Below are positions 31,151 through 41,532 of a stretch of 64,000 nt of DNA, piece after piece. The position numbers were made by a program, and so were the translations under genes. The notes under the pieces are model-generated. The model searched no databases. It was not told where the DNA came from and worked only from the letters and a program-made list of their open reading frames with translations. The DNA comes from Nitrospirota bacterium (GTDB taxonomy: Bacteria > Nitrospirota > UBA9217). The number at the start of each line of letters is the position of its first letter. Within the stretch, counting starts at the first letter, position 1. The DNA lies in the NCBI GenBank assembly GCA_963737155.1, contig CAVTRN010000001.1, forward strand, positions 192,001-256,000, in the 5' to 3' direction.

Positions 31151-33601
31151 ATGAAGACGTGGTCATACTTGAAATTGTCGTTGTATGTTGTACTATGCTG
31201 CACACTGGTTGTCGGACTTGGCCTCATGGCTGGCTGTAAAGGTAGTAACGGTGCGGCTGGTGCCAATGGCGTCAATGGTACGAATGGCACAAACGCCGTT
31301 AATGGCGTTAATGGCGTCAATGGTAGCAATGGCATTAATGGCATCAATGGCACTAATGGTATAAGCGCTTTGACATCTGAGTTAACTTATACCACCGCCA
31401 TCAACAGTGTCGTTTTCACGTCCAGCAGCGGAAGCGCGGTAGCGACCATTAATTTCTCCGTAAATTATTATGCGGATGGTGTTCTGGGCGGAGAAATTAT
31501 CGGGCTCGATGCGCCGGATTCCGTCACCCCCGCAGATCTGGGCCACATGAGAATCGGCATGGTTAAGCTGATCCCAGGTATCGCCACGAAAACAACCGGA
31601 TCCACGCCCAATACATGGTGGCCTGTCGGAAGCAGTGAAAATATTGCTGCCCGGCTGGTAAACAACGGCAACGGCATGTATACCTATACAACAGGTACCA
31701 TGGCTATTTCCGGGGCTACCACGACGTCCAATTACTATGATCCTACACAATATACGCGGGTCGTGCTCCTGATCATGCCCAAGGATCACAGCGGCCAGGG
31801 TAATTTTGTTTCCCCCGTTCCGATCGAACTGGGAGAGGCCGCCAAATATGACCTGACAAACGGAACTACCATTTCTCAGGATGTCGTCCCGACCGCGCAA
31901 TGCCTCAATTGCCATTCCACCTTCGGCGATCCGAGGCTCAATCCGCTGGCATTCCATCCCGACGAAGGCCGCACCGAGACGTTTGCTTGCGACATATGCC
32001 ACTACGAGTCGCGCGGCACGGAAGATATGACTGCCGTTGTAAGCGGAGTCACCTATACTTTCCCGTACGGTGAAGCGGCGCTTGCCAACTGGATCCACAA
32101 GATACACACTTCCCAGGCGACCGTGAGCGACGGCTCCTTTACTGCAGTGGAATATCCGCAGGATATCAAAAACTGCACGACATGCCACAGCGGAGGCGCG
32201 GACAGTGCAAACTGGATGAATGAGCCGAGCGCCAAGGCATGCCTGTCCTGCCACAACCCGGCATACACGCTCGATACGACAATCGCAAACTATGGCGCAT
32301 TGACGTCACCGACGACGACCCATCCGGGAGGACAGATTGGCCCGATCGGCTCCGGCTTAACAGACGACACCGAATGCAAGATGTGCCACTCAGCATCGGC
32401 GATCGCAGGTTATCATGAAACGGATTTCGCCACGACGCACAACCCGGTCACGAGCGATCCGACCTTCAGCTATGTTGTAAGTTCCATAACCGTGTCGACT
32501 AACGGCGCCCCGTACGTTACGTTTACGATCTACAAGAACGGAACGGCCGTGACGCTCAATTCCACGGGTTCGGGAACGATTCCTTTAACTGGCTTTACAG
32601 GCGGTCCGAGCTTCGTTTTTGCATATGCATGCCCACAGGACAACATCACGAGCCCGTCTGACTGGAACAACAGCCACTCGAGCCCATCCAATTCGGTGAC
32701 CCTGGTAAGCCTGGTCAGCGGAACGGGGGGCAGTCTGGTGGCCAATTCCAACGGCAGCTATACCGCCATGATCAGCAGCGCGACCTTCTCGGTCCCCGCA
32801 AATGCGACAATGTTCACCGGTGCGCTTGCAGGGGCCTTCACTGACAACGGCGTAGCGCTGCCCGGACTGGCATCGATGGTGACTGCCAACGGATATACGC
32901 CAAGGCGTGTCATCGTCGCCGCCAGCAGGTGCGACAGTTGCCACGAGCAGCTCGGCGCGCAGACCGAAACCTACAGCATCCACGGCGGGAGCTATAACAT
33001 CCCCATGTGCGCGATGTGCCATAATTCAAACCTGACCGGCAGCGACGGGTTTTCTGCGTCCTTCAGGGTGTGGTACCATGCGCTCCATGCGGACACCATC
33101 CGGACCGTTGCCTTCGAGGGCAACTCCGCGTTCCCGGCCATAGAGTATCCCGGTTCCCTGAGCAACTGCGAGGCGTGCCATCTCCCGGGCACCTACGATT
33201 TCAGCGCACCGCAGTATACGCCGTCCCTGATCGCCAACATGCTCCTGGTGACCGATGTTACCGGAACGCCCGCGGCAAGCGCCTTAGAGGCGCCTTACTT
33301 TACCGCGAATGGCGTGGCCAATTACGGGATCAGCGCATCAGTATCGTCTCTCGGCGTTTACACGGACGGCGCGTCCAACCTTGTTACATCGCCGATCACG
33401 GCGGTGTGCACGTCATGCCACGACAGCCAGGATGCACTTTCGCATATCGTGGAGAACGGCGGATCGTTCTACGCGCCTCGTTCCGTGGTCTTTACGACCA
33501 CCATGGACAACCAAGGAGAGTCCTGCCTGGTATGCCACGGACCGGGTGCTATTGAATCAATTCAGAGTGCGCACAACAACCTGGTTAACCAGAACCAGTA
33601 G
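31151..33601 (+). CDS. OmcA/MtrC-family decaheme c-type cytochrome lipoprotein
   Basis: Ten CxxCH motifs in two groups of five; lipobox LMAGC; G-x-N linker; WIHKIH and YPQDIKNC motifs; GGAGG RBS. Confidence 0.92.
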   Translation: MKTWSYLKLSLYVVLCCTLVVGLGLMAGCKGSNGAAGANGVNGTNGTNAVNGVNGVNGSNGINGINGTNGISALTSELTYTTAINSVVFTSSSGSAVATINFSVNYYADGVLGGEIIGLDAPDSVTPADLGHMRIGMVKLIPGIATKTTGSTPNTWWPVGSSENIAARLVNNGNGMYTYTTGTMAISGATTTSNYYDPTQYTRVVLLIMPKDHSGQGNFVSPVPIELGEAAKYDLTNGTTISQDVVPTAQCLNCHSTFGDPRLNPLAFHPDEGRTETFACDICHYESRGTEDMTAVVSGVTYTFPYGEAALANWIHKIHTSQATVSDGSFTAVEYPQDIKNCTTCHSGGADSANWMNEPSAKACLSCHNPAYTLDTTIANYGALTSPTTTHPGGQIGPIGSGLTDDTECKMCHSASAIAGYHETDFATTHNPVTSDPTFSYVVSSITVSTNGAPYVTFTIYKNGTAVTLNSTGSGTIPLTGFTGGPSFVFAYACPQDNITSPSDWNNSHSSPSNSVTLVSLVSGTGGSLVANSNGSYTAMISSATFSVPANATMFTGALAGAFTDNGVALPGLASMVTANGYTPRRVIVAASRCDSCHEQLGAQTETYSIHGGSYNIPMCAMCHNSNLTGSDGFSASFRVWYHALHADTIRTVAFEGNSAFPAIEYPGSLSNCEACHLPGTYDFSAPQYTPSLIANMLLVTDVTGTPAASALEAPYFTANGVANYGISASVSSLGVYTDGASNLVTSPITAVCTSCHDSQDALSHIVENGGSFYAPRSVVFTTTMDNQGESCLVCHGPGAIESIQSAHNNLVNQNQ

Positions 33602-33656
33602 GACGTAGCAAAAAAGCGGGGATTCTGCAACCCCAGCTTATACGATCTTATGATTC

Positions 33657-33688
33657 AGGGCGGACCCTTCGGGGCCCGCCTTTTTTTT
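33657..33688 (+). terminator. Rho-independent terminator
   Basis: GGCGGACCC-TTCG-GGGCCCGCC followed by T8. Confidence 0.8.
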
Positions 33689-33724
33689 GTAGACGTGGTT
33701 TCCCAAAATGAGTATTCTGGGACC
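33684..33724 (+). repeat. 41-bp direct repeat, copy 2
   Basis: TTTTTGTAGACGTGGTTTCCCAAAATGAGTATTCTGGGACC, 4 mismatches to copy 1. Confidence 0.85.
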
Positions 33725-33793
33725 GTTCAAATCATTACATATTTCCAGGTGGACAGAAGCGCCCATCTAGAACTATTTTTAAATACAACGGAG

Positions 33794-33973
33794 TTGTCGA
33801 AGGCAGCCAAAGCCGCCATGAACTACCAGGACAAGCCGAAGGGCGACCGGAGTTGCAGCGATTGCAAGTTCTTTGTCCCCGGTAAGATGTCTACAGCCAA
33901 TGGCACCTGTCAGGTGGTCAAGGGTTCGATCGGCCCACCGGGTTGGTGTGCCGCGTATACCAAGAAATCCTAG
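33794..33973 (+). pseudogene. HiPIP (high-potential Fe-S protein) mature domain without Tat signal
   Basis: KAAMNYQDKPKGDRSCSDCKFF...CQVVKGSIGPPGWC with four Cys ligands; no twin-Arg leader visible. Confidence 0.75.
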
Positions 33974-34165
33974 TGTAGCGTCTCCTAATAACTGTGCTAT
34001 ATGCATACTTCAATGCGCATCATTCCCAAGCCGTTCGCTTGCAGGAATGGCGCGATTGAAGGGGCTTTGCTTGGTGGAATCATAAAGCTAGACCAAAAGT
34101 GTCGCTTCTTTTACCAGTTTATCGTTTCAGCTAAAAATTACAATTAATACAATTCTGCGACATCG

Positions 34166-34910
34166 TTATTTCCACTGGTGCACGGCTGGATATTCATTGA
34201 TTTTTAGAATGCCAGCCAAAATCCTTTGCTTAAGCTCCTCTACGAATTGCACCCTAATATGCCTTAAAAAATGTCCTTGCCATTTTGCCAAACAAAGTTT
34301 CTACCAGATTCAACCATGAGCCGTGTTTCGGCGTATGCACATAAATAAATCGATTTGGTTTACTCTTCAAGTATGCCATTGTCTCTTTTGAAATATGCGC
34401 TTAATGATTATCTAAAATAACCCGGATAGTGTTGCATATCTCCGATAATAAGCATCAAGTTCTTGAAGCAAAGATATGAACCCTTTGCTTCTGTGGCGCG
34501 GCTGCACCTGGGCAGTAACATGGCCATCATGCAGATCTAATGCCGCCAGAATGGATACGGTACCGAGACGTTTATATTCGTGACCACGTCGCAGGCTTCT
34601 CCGCTTCCCGGCGCAAGATCAGGAGCGGTGTTACTGATCGCCTGCACTCCGGGTTTTTCATCTACCGATACTGTTATTATAGGGGATAACTCACCTGCTT
34701 TCGCGAGTTGATTTTTGTACGTTTACATCCTGATAGACCCGCATCTTCGATACCCTGTTGTTCGCGAACGAGCACTTTGAAGTCTGGCTCATGCGCTAGA
34801 TCCTTCTAAAAGTGAGTTTATACTGATCCAATGAAGGCCCTTGATGTGAATTTTGTCATAATCCTGGCATTCTATGATTCAACCGGAATTCGTTGATGTT
34901 GCCTTTCATC
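34166..34910 (-). pseudogene. IS630-family transposase relic
   Basis: Manual translation: VSVDEKPGVQA, HEYKRLGT, VILDNH*, HTPKHGSWLNLVE; stops and frameshifts; 5' boundary approximate. Confidence 0.85.
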
Positions 34911-35451
34911 GAAACTCGTTTGCTTGTAGGTGCAGGTCGGATGACCAGAATTTTTAGGAAGGTGAATAATTCTGTTTGAATTATGGATATTGTGAAATGT
35001 CTTTTCTTGCATCAAGAACTTCCTCTTATGTAGTTATTGCTGTTGCGTTTTGCGTTGGACTTATCATCCGGAAACTTATAACCTACCAAAATAAACTCAT
35101 TCAGACTCATTCAACGTCGTGTAATGGCAAAATAGAAATGTCCTCGTTCAAGATACGCATACAGTTATTCAAATGCCACGAAAGCCAGTATTAATGCACC
35201 TGCAAATAATCTACATATCATAAACTACATAAAAGAAGTGGCAACTGTGTCTAATTGCCACGAGATCCTTAAAAAGCTCAGCTCGATTTCGACTAGAAGC
35301 GCTTTTAATGTAAAGACATAGGATATTTCTATTTTGGGTTGACAGGCTCATTCTACGTCGTTGACATCGCTCCGAATCAAGCATATATTCGTAGCAGGAT
35401 ACAGGGATAATATTATTACCTGTTCAGCGTATAATGAAACGGGGATGGTGA

Positions 35452-35652
35452 ATGGCGGCGTTTCGTATGGAATCGATAAACAGCATGTGTCCTTATTGCG
35501 GTGAGCCTATTGAGCTTCTTGTCGATTGCTCTATAAGAAAGCAGAATTATGTTGAAGACTGTCAAGTTTGCTGTAAGCCAATTACAGTTAACGTAATCGT
35601 TGATGAAGATGGCTTCCCGTCTGTTCAAGTTTCACAGGAGGACGAAGGATAA
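35452..35652 (+). CDS. CPXCG-motif cysteine-rich protein
   Basis: CPYCGEPI..YVEDCQVCCKPI. Confidence 0.85.
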   Translation: MAAFRMESINSMCPYCGEPIELLVDCSIRKQNYVEDCQVCCKPITVNVIVDEDGFPSVQVSQEDEG

Positions 35653-35920
35653 CGAGTGCTGAGCCTTGTTTTCTCTGCGGTTACGTATTCAGCAACGGTA
35701 CGATTATTGGCCTTGTGGAATAGCTCACGAGAAGTTGATTCTCAGGATGCACACCCCTTTAGCGTTTGGTGTAATAGTTTAGATAAAATGTAGAAGGCCG
35801 ACATAATGTCAGGCTCGGAGGTGTGTTCGTTGCGAAGTGCGAAAGACGCATAACCCTTTTGAGACTCTAGAGTTCTGGCCCATTTAGGAACCATGACCAA
35901 TGAGATACGCTGAAAGCGAA

Positions 35921-36460
35921 ATGGTTAAATTGAAAGAAATCCAGATCTATACGGATGGCGCCTGCAAACGGAATCCCGGGCCTGGCGGATATGGAGTAGT
36001 TCTCCGATATAACGAGCATGAAAAGATCCTTTCCGGAGGATTTCGCTTGACCACAAACAATCGGATGGAGATGCAAGCCGCGATCGCAGGACTTGAATCC
36101 CTTTCCACTGCCTGTGCCGTTACCATCACCAGTGACTCAAAATATCTTGTTGATGCCCTAGGTCAGGGCTGGGCTCGCAAATGGAGAAGCAACAACTGGA
36201 AGAAGAGTGATGGTAAAAAGGCACTGAATCCGGACCTGTGGGCCAGGTTGCTGGATCTCTGCGATCGTCACCAAGTCAAATTTAGATGGGTCCGCGGTCA
36301 TGCCGGGCACCCAGAAAATGAGCGTTGCGACCAGATGGCAACTACCGCAGCTGCTGGAGAAGACCTACCCGTGGATGAAGGGTATGAACTAACCGCTATT
36401 TCCAGTGATGAGCGGCGTTCTGACACGGCAGATCGTATTCGTGAGGACCTGATGGTGTAG
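35921..36460 (+). CDS. rnhA: Ribonuclease HI
   Basis: YTDGAC..NPGPGG, TTNNRME, DSKYL, NPDLW and [15 protein letters not shown] motifs. Confidence 0.95.
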   Translation: MVKLKEIQIYTDGACKRNPGPGGYGVVLRYNEHEKILSGGFRLTTNNRMEMQAAIAGLESLSTACAVTITSDSKYLVDALGQGWARKWRSNNWKKSDGKKALNPDLWARLLDLCDRHQVKFRWVRGHAGHPENERCDQMATTAAAGEDLPVDEGYELTAISSDERRSDTADRIREDLMV

Positions 36461-36765
36461 AATTTTGATTGAGGTTTACAGTCAAGATATCTTCCTGAAG
36501 CCGTGGAGTTTTTAGTATTGGCAGCAATGTAATTTTCAATCCGTAATATGCGCCCTCAACCTGCATATAAGCCGTTCGGTAAACCCGTCTAAACCCTGAT
36601 CAGAAGCACCATTGTCAAATCCGGCTTGTCAGCTTGACAAGTCAAATGCGTAAGTTCATACTACTTATTGTATTTTGCCAGTAGTGGACGCGATCCAATG
36701 TGACTTTGTCTGACGCCACAAAGGGCTTGACACTATAAGGTTGTACGAAGCGCCATGAACGAGCT

Positions 36766-37770
36766 ATGATACGAAAGGTAAAAATAATTGATCTCAAAGT
36801 AGGCATGTACGTCATTATTCCGGACACATCGTGGAATCATCCGTTTGAGAAGAACAGCTTTCCAATCAAATCGCGTAAGGATTTGCAGCTGATTATCGAC
36901 AGCGGATATACTGAAGTACAGATAGATACCGAAAAGGGCATGCCGATCGAGGATTATGAGCTGGTAGGCCATGCGCAGGATCACGCCCTTGGCAGCAGGC
37001 AATGGAGCGTTGATAATCTGGTGCCGGACACGTTATGCCGCGCATTGGATGATAACACGCTGCCCGGACATCAGCGGGCAGCCATGATTTATGAGTCCAG
37101 CCACGTTCTGATCGAGAGGCTGTTTGACGATCCCCGCGCCGACAACATCAAGGTGGCCAGGCAGAATATCACCGGTATTGTCGACATGATACTAGCCCGT
37201 CAAGATGTCGCCACCCTGCTGTTTCGTCTGGCGTGCCATGATTTTTCTACCTATTCGCATTCTGTCAACGTAGGCATCCTCGGCACCGCACTATCATGGC
37301 TCCTGTATCATGGATCGGACGCGCATGACCTGCATGAGTTGGGAACGGGGTTCTTTCTGCACGACCTGGGAAAGGTGAAGATCGATCCTGCCATTATTGA
37401 GAAGCGGGGCATGCTTACGGAGCATGAGATGAGCATTATGCGGGCTCATCCCTGGCAAGGCTACAAGATCATGCTGAATGCGAATCAGCTTTCCGAAGAA
37501 TGTCGTATCATCACAGTCCAACATCATGAGCGGGAAGACGGGTTAGGTTACCCAAAAAGGCTCAAGGGCGATGAAATCCACCCGTATGCTCGCATCTGCT
37601 GTATCGCTGACGTATACGATGCCCTTACCTCAGACCGTTCCTATAAGCCCAGTCTGACTCCGGTTGAGGCACTGACGATCATGAAAGAGGAGATGCCCCA
37701 CCATTTCCATAAAGATCTCTTCGAGAAGTTCGTTTTGTTGCTTTCACGGGCTTCAGCCGGCACGCACTGA
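36766..37770 (+). CDS. HD-GYP c-di-GMP phosphodiesterase-like protein with DUF3391-like N-terminus
   Basis: HSVNV, LHDLGK, HHEREDGLGYP and IADVYDALTSDRSY motifs. Confidence 0.9.
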   Translation: MIRKVKIIDLKVGMYVIIPDTSWNHPFEKNSFPIKSRKDLQLIIDSGYTEVQIDTEKGMPIEDYELVGHAQDHALGSRQWSVDNLVPDTLCRALDDNTLPGHQRAAMIYESSHVLIERLFDDPRADNIKVARQNITGIVDMILARQDVATLLFRLACHDFSTYSHSVNVGILGTALSWLLYHGSDAHDLHELGTGFFLHDLGKVKIDPAIIEKRGMLTEHEMSIMRAHPWQGYKIMLNANQLSEECRIITVQHHEREDGLGYPKRLKGDEIHPYARICCIADVYDALTSDRSYKPSLTPVEALTIMKEEMPHHFHKDLFEKFVLLLSRASAGTH

Positions 37771-37845
37771 CCGGCAGATACGATTTTGATAAAGTCCCAT
37801 AAGGCCCATAGCCCAACTCTCAACTCGCTCGTAGAAAGGAGTCCC

Positions 37846-37996
37846 ATGAAACTAAACAAGAATCTCGGCATGCTTTTAACGGGTATCTGGCTCATCTTAT
37901 CAGGATACAGCTGCTGAATCTCGGTTTTTCGGGACTCGGTACGCTCATGGCAACCTCTCAACCACGGCGGGCGCTCTGATCTTACTGGGGCGATAG
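37846..37996 (+). pseudogene. Frameshifted small membrane protein
   Basis: MKLNKNLGMLLTGIWLILSG / QLLNLGFSGLGTLMA / ALILLGR* in shifting frames; AAGGAG RBS. Confidence 0.5.
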
Positions 37997-38461
37997 GCCA
38001 GAACACTCAATGACGGAGCCGCCGGTGAGTTTCCCGTTGATGCACATTTCAACTGGTTCTTTGCCTTTGTCACAATATTGATATTCCATACTTGCAGATT
38101 TTATATTCATATAATATTAGAGACGGCGCAGAATTCGTTTTGTATTATTGTATTTAATGTAAGGTATTCTATCAACAGCATCTTCCTGTAGGTGTTGACT
38201 TCGTCATTTTTATAACACTATAACGTTGCTGTAGTATTCTGTAATCTATATCTACGCATCACCATATCAGTACGACAACCATTTCTATTTTGGTTTGACA
38301 GAGAATTAAAGCAGGTGTACATTCGCATGGATTATAGCGAATGGTGTGGCATGTTCATCGTTGAACTCATTGTTGAACTCAACAACATCCGATTCGTGGT
38401 ATTATTGAGGGTGGCTATCTGTAAAAATGGTTATTGAAAGTGATCACGAAGGAGATTGATC

Positions 38462-39232
38462 ATGAATGTGAAGCATTTGATTTTTGGTTTCTTCATTGTT
38501 GTTATGGCTGCAACATCTGTACAGGCAGTCCCGACGCAGATCACCGTGCGTGTGAAAGCCAAGGACGGCAAGTTTGTGGGAACTACCATGGGCGGTGTCT
38601 TAATCACTGTGAGGGACGTGCTGACCGGCGAACTCCTAGCCAAAGGCTATACCGCCGGCGGCACGGGTAACACCGTCAGGATCATGAAGACACCCGTATC
38701 GCGAGGCGTCCCCGTTTCTGACTCAAGCGCCGCCAAATTTACGGCAACCATTGATATCGCCGAGCCTACCTATGTCGAAGTGACCGCTTACGGTCCTTTG
38801 GCGGGCCTGCAATCCGCCAGCAAAATTTCCGCCACACAGTGGGTGGTCCCCGGAAAGGATATTACGGAGGGTGACGCTTGGCTCATGGAGATGCCGGGGT
38901 TTATCGTGGATGTTCTGGCCCCTCCCACACACTCGAAGCTTTCAGGCGTGCCGCAGACCGTCATCATTAAGGCCAATATCGTTATGATGTGCGGTTGCCC
39001 GATAACTCCGGGCGGTATTTGGGATGCGAATAAAATAGAAGTAAAAGCCCTCTTGAAAAAGAATGGGAAACAGGTCGGCGTCCTGCCAATGCAATATGCC
39101 GGCAGTCCCAGCCAGTTTTCAGGGACGTGGAGTATACCAGACGCAGGGATTTACGAAGCAACCGTGTATGCCTACGATGCCGCGACTGGCAATACCGGAA
39201 TAAACAGAGCGACATTCATGGTCGAAAAGTAA
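38462..39232 (+). CDS. Secreted hypothetical protein with CGCP motif
   Basis: Signal peptide (VQA); beta-rich; MMCGCPITPGGIWD; AAGGAG RBS. Confidence 0.75.
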   Translation: MNVKHLIFGFFIVVMAATSVQAVPTQITVRVKAKDGKFVGTTMGGVLITVRDVLTGELLAKGYTAGGTGNTVRIMKTPVSRGVPVSDSSAAKFTATIDIAEPTYVEVTAYGPLAGLQSASKISATQWVVPGKDITEGDAWLMEMPGFIVDVLAPPTHSKLSGVPQTVIIKANIVMMCGCPITPGGIWDANKIEVKALLKKNGKQVGVLPMQYAGSPSQFSGTWSIPDAGIYEATVYAYDAATGNTGINRATFMVEK

Positions 39233-39730
39233 GGCATGAACCCAGCGTACGATAATTATTTTGATTCGTATAGATGCCGTGGTACCCGTAGACGTTCTTA
39301 CTGCGTCATCAACCAATAACGCATTAGCACATGATTCGGGACGAACTATCCCGAGACTGCAAGCACTGTGTAATACACCAGTGCATAATATAATCAGTAT
39401 TCTGCAACAGTTTTCATCAAGCTCGTCTTCAAGCTTGCAGGTGCACTGCGGAGTAACCACTTCATAAGGAAAATAATAAATCGCGTTTGTACTTTGCTAT
39501 GAGCTTTTTTCCTGGGAAAACTTATATAAAGCGAATCGTGACAGATTGTATATTTCATCTCGAATTTGTTACTCATGATTGAATATGATGCTGTAAGGCC
39601 TCAAAGCGTCTATTTTTACGATAGTATTATTTAGAAACGAAGGGACTTGCTTGCCCCGTAAATATCAGTCGGGGATATGCCCTTCCAACTGGGTCGTACA
39701 CATGACCTAACTTTGAAGGAGATTTAGCCG

Positions 39731-40243
39731 ATGAAGAGCGAAAGAAATCTTAAGGATGTAGTCGCACGTAGGATCGAGTTCTTCAGGAAAAAACCTGAAG
39801 CTGCAATCTACAAGCCGAAGGTCACCTCCCGTCATATTAAAAATCTCTATACCGAGTCAATGGCTCGTGAGCATCTTGTGAAGTCTGATTATGGTGAAGC
39901 AGCCGGAGGAGATAACCAGGCGCCGAACCCTATAGAACTTCTCCTCGCCGCCGTCGCGGCATGCATTGAGGCCGCTTTTTATGAGTTTGCCGTGCATGAA
40001 GGCTTTACAATCAATGCACTAGCCGTAGATGTAGAAGGCACGCTTGACCTTAGAGGTTTTTTCATGCTGGATGATGTATCAGCTGGATTTAAAGACCTGC
40101 GGTACACGTTTAATATAGAAAGCCCTGATGATGAAACCAGGATACGAGAATTCGCAGAAAAGGTCATAGCCCATTGCCCCGTTGTGGATAGCCTGAAAAA
40201 ACCTACCCAAGTGTCGGGCCAGATAACGGTCGTGAAAGGATAG
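39731..40243 (+). CDS. OsmC/Ohr family protein
   Basis: APNPIELLLAAVAAC, EGTLDLRGF and HCPVVDSL motifs. Confidence 0.88.
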   Translation: MKSERNLKDVVARRIEFFRKKPEAAIYKPKVTSRHIKNLYTESMAREHLVKSDYGEAAGGDNQAPNPIELLLAAVAACIEAAFYEFAVHEGFTINALAVDVEGTLDLRGFFMLDDVSAGFKDLRYTFNIESPDDETRIREFAEKVIAHCPVVDSLKKPTQVSGQITVVKG

Positions 40244-40539
40244 TAAATCTACAAGATCTGGTAATTATAATAATCTCAATTAATCCCCTTCCTTCCAGTT
40301 GTTCACTTATGAGGGGCGTAACATGAGAGTAAAGTTTCATTCAGTAGTCTATGCCCTTCACAAAATTGCAATGCATGCAAGAGGGAAACTAGATGACAGT
40401 TGATGAAGTTCTTTTTATTTGCGTATTGACCGCAGCCATCAATAAATAATGCCGATTCCCGCATCAAAACAATTGAACGATGGATTAGTTTAAGACAACT
40501 TTACTGGATTCCATTTGAGTTTGCCACCAAGGATATCGA

Positions 40540-41006
40540 TTGCTGACTGTTTTCGTAGATGCTGACGCATGCCCTGTGAAACAAGAGGTCTACCGGGTTG
40601 CAGCCAGGTATCATATAGTTGTCACCTTGGTGGCCAACTCTTGGATGCAGGTGCCCAGAGAGGATAGAATCGTACTTCAAGTTGTCGGCAATGGGCTAGA
40701 TGAGGCCGACAACTGGATTGTTGCCAATGTTACTCCCCACGACATTGTGGTCACGGCTGATATTCTTCTAGCGAGCCGATGCATCAAGGCAGGTGCGTAC
40801 GCAATCAGTCCAACTGGGAAGGCCTTCACCGGGGAAAACATCGGAGATGCTGTCGCAACGCGTAACCTGCTTGCAGAGCTGCGTGGGAACGGCGAATCAC
40901 TGGGGGGCCGGCACCCTTCTCCAAACGCGACAGATCAAGCTTTTTGCAGAAACTGGACCAGGTGATTCAGGTGGTTCGGCGCGAACATCCCAGCAAAGTC
41001 GGCTAG
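40540..41006 (+). pseudogene. YaiI/YqxD (UPF0178) family gene with a 1-bp frameshift
   Basis: VDADACPVK, VVTADILLA; the C-terminus APFSKRDRSSFLQKLDQ continues in another frame after the G6 run at 40902-40907. Confidence 0.8.
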
Positions 41007-41532
41007 AGGTGTGCTTTAGGTTGTCAGGTGAACCATAAGAGTGGAACCGGATTTCTTATTAGGCGGTCTGAAACAATGGGCGAAAATTCATTTTGAAATG
41101 TGCAATTATTTCATTCATAATAATAACGCGATCTTCTTCCATACATCTACCCCTAAAATCCATCGAAATAATTAACATAATTGCGCATCAGGCATATATT
41201 CATAAATATTCAAAACAATTAATAGTGAAGGAACCCTATGGCTAAGGTTATCGAAACGTGGAACATTATAGGTTAGGTGGGAGAACCTTTAGGGTCTTTT
41301 ATCGGAGGAGGCAAAAACCCCCATCGACACTTTATCAGATCCCGTTTGTCAGTATTATTGATAATTAGTATGTCTTACGAAGGGGCTAAGTAAGCTCAAC
41401 TGAGGCAGGTGAGAAACAGAATATCTCGTCAATTGATGATACCGGACTGTTTCTTACAAGTCTTCCACACATGAAAATAAAATGCACACTTGCTTGCTGT
41501 TTCCGGCAATTTAACGGGATCATCAAAGCATG

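Noticed and set aside
31240-31362. AATGGC-like 9-bp periodic repeats
   Set aside because: They encode the G-x-N linker of the cytochrome and are not a DNA element
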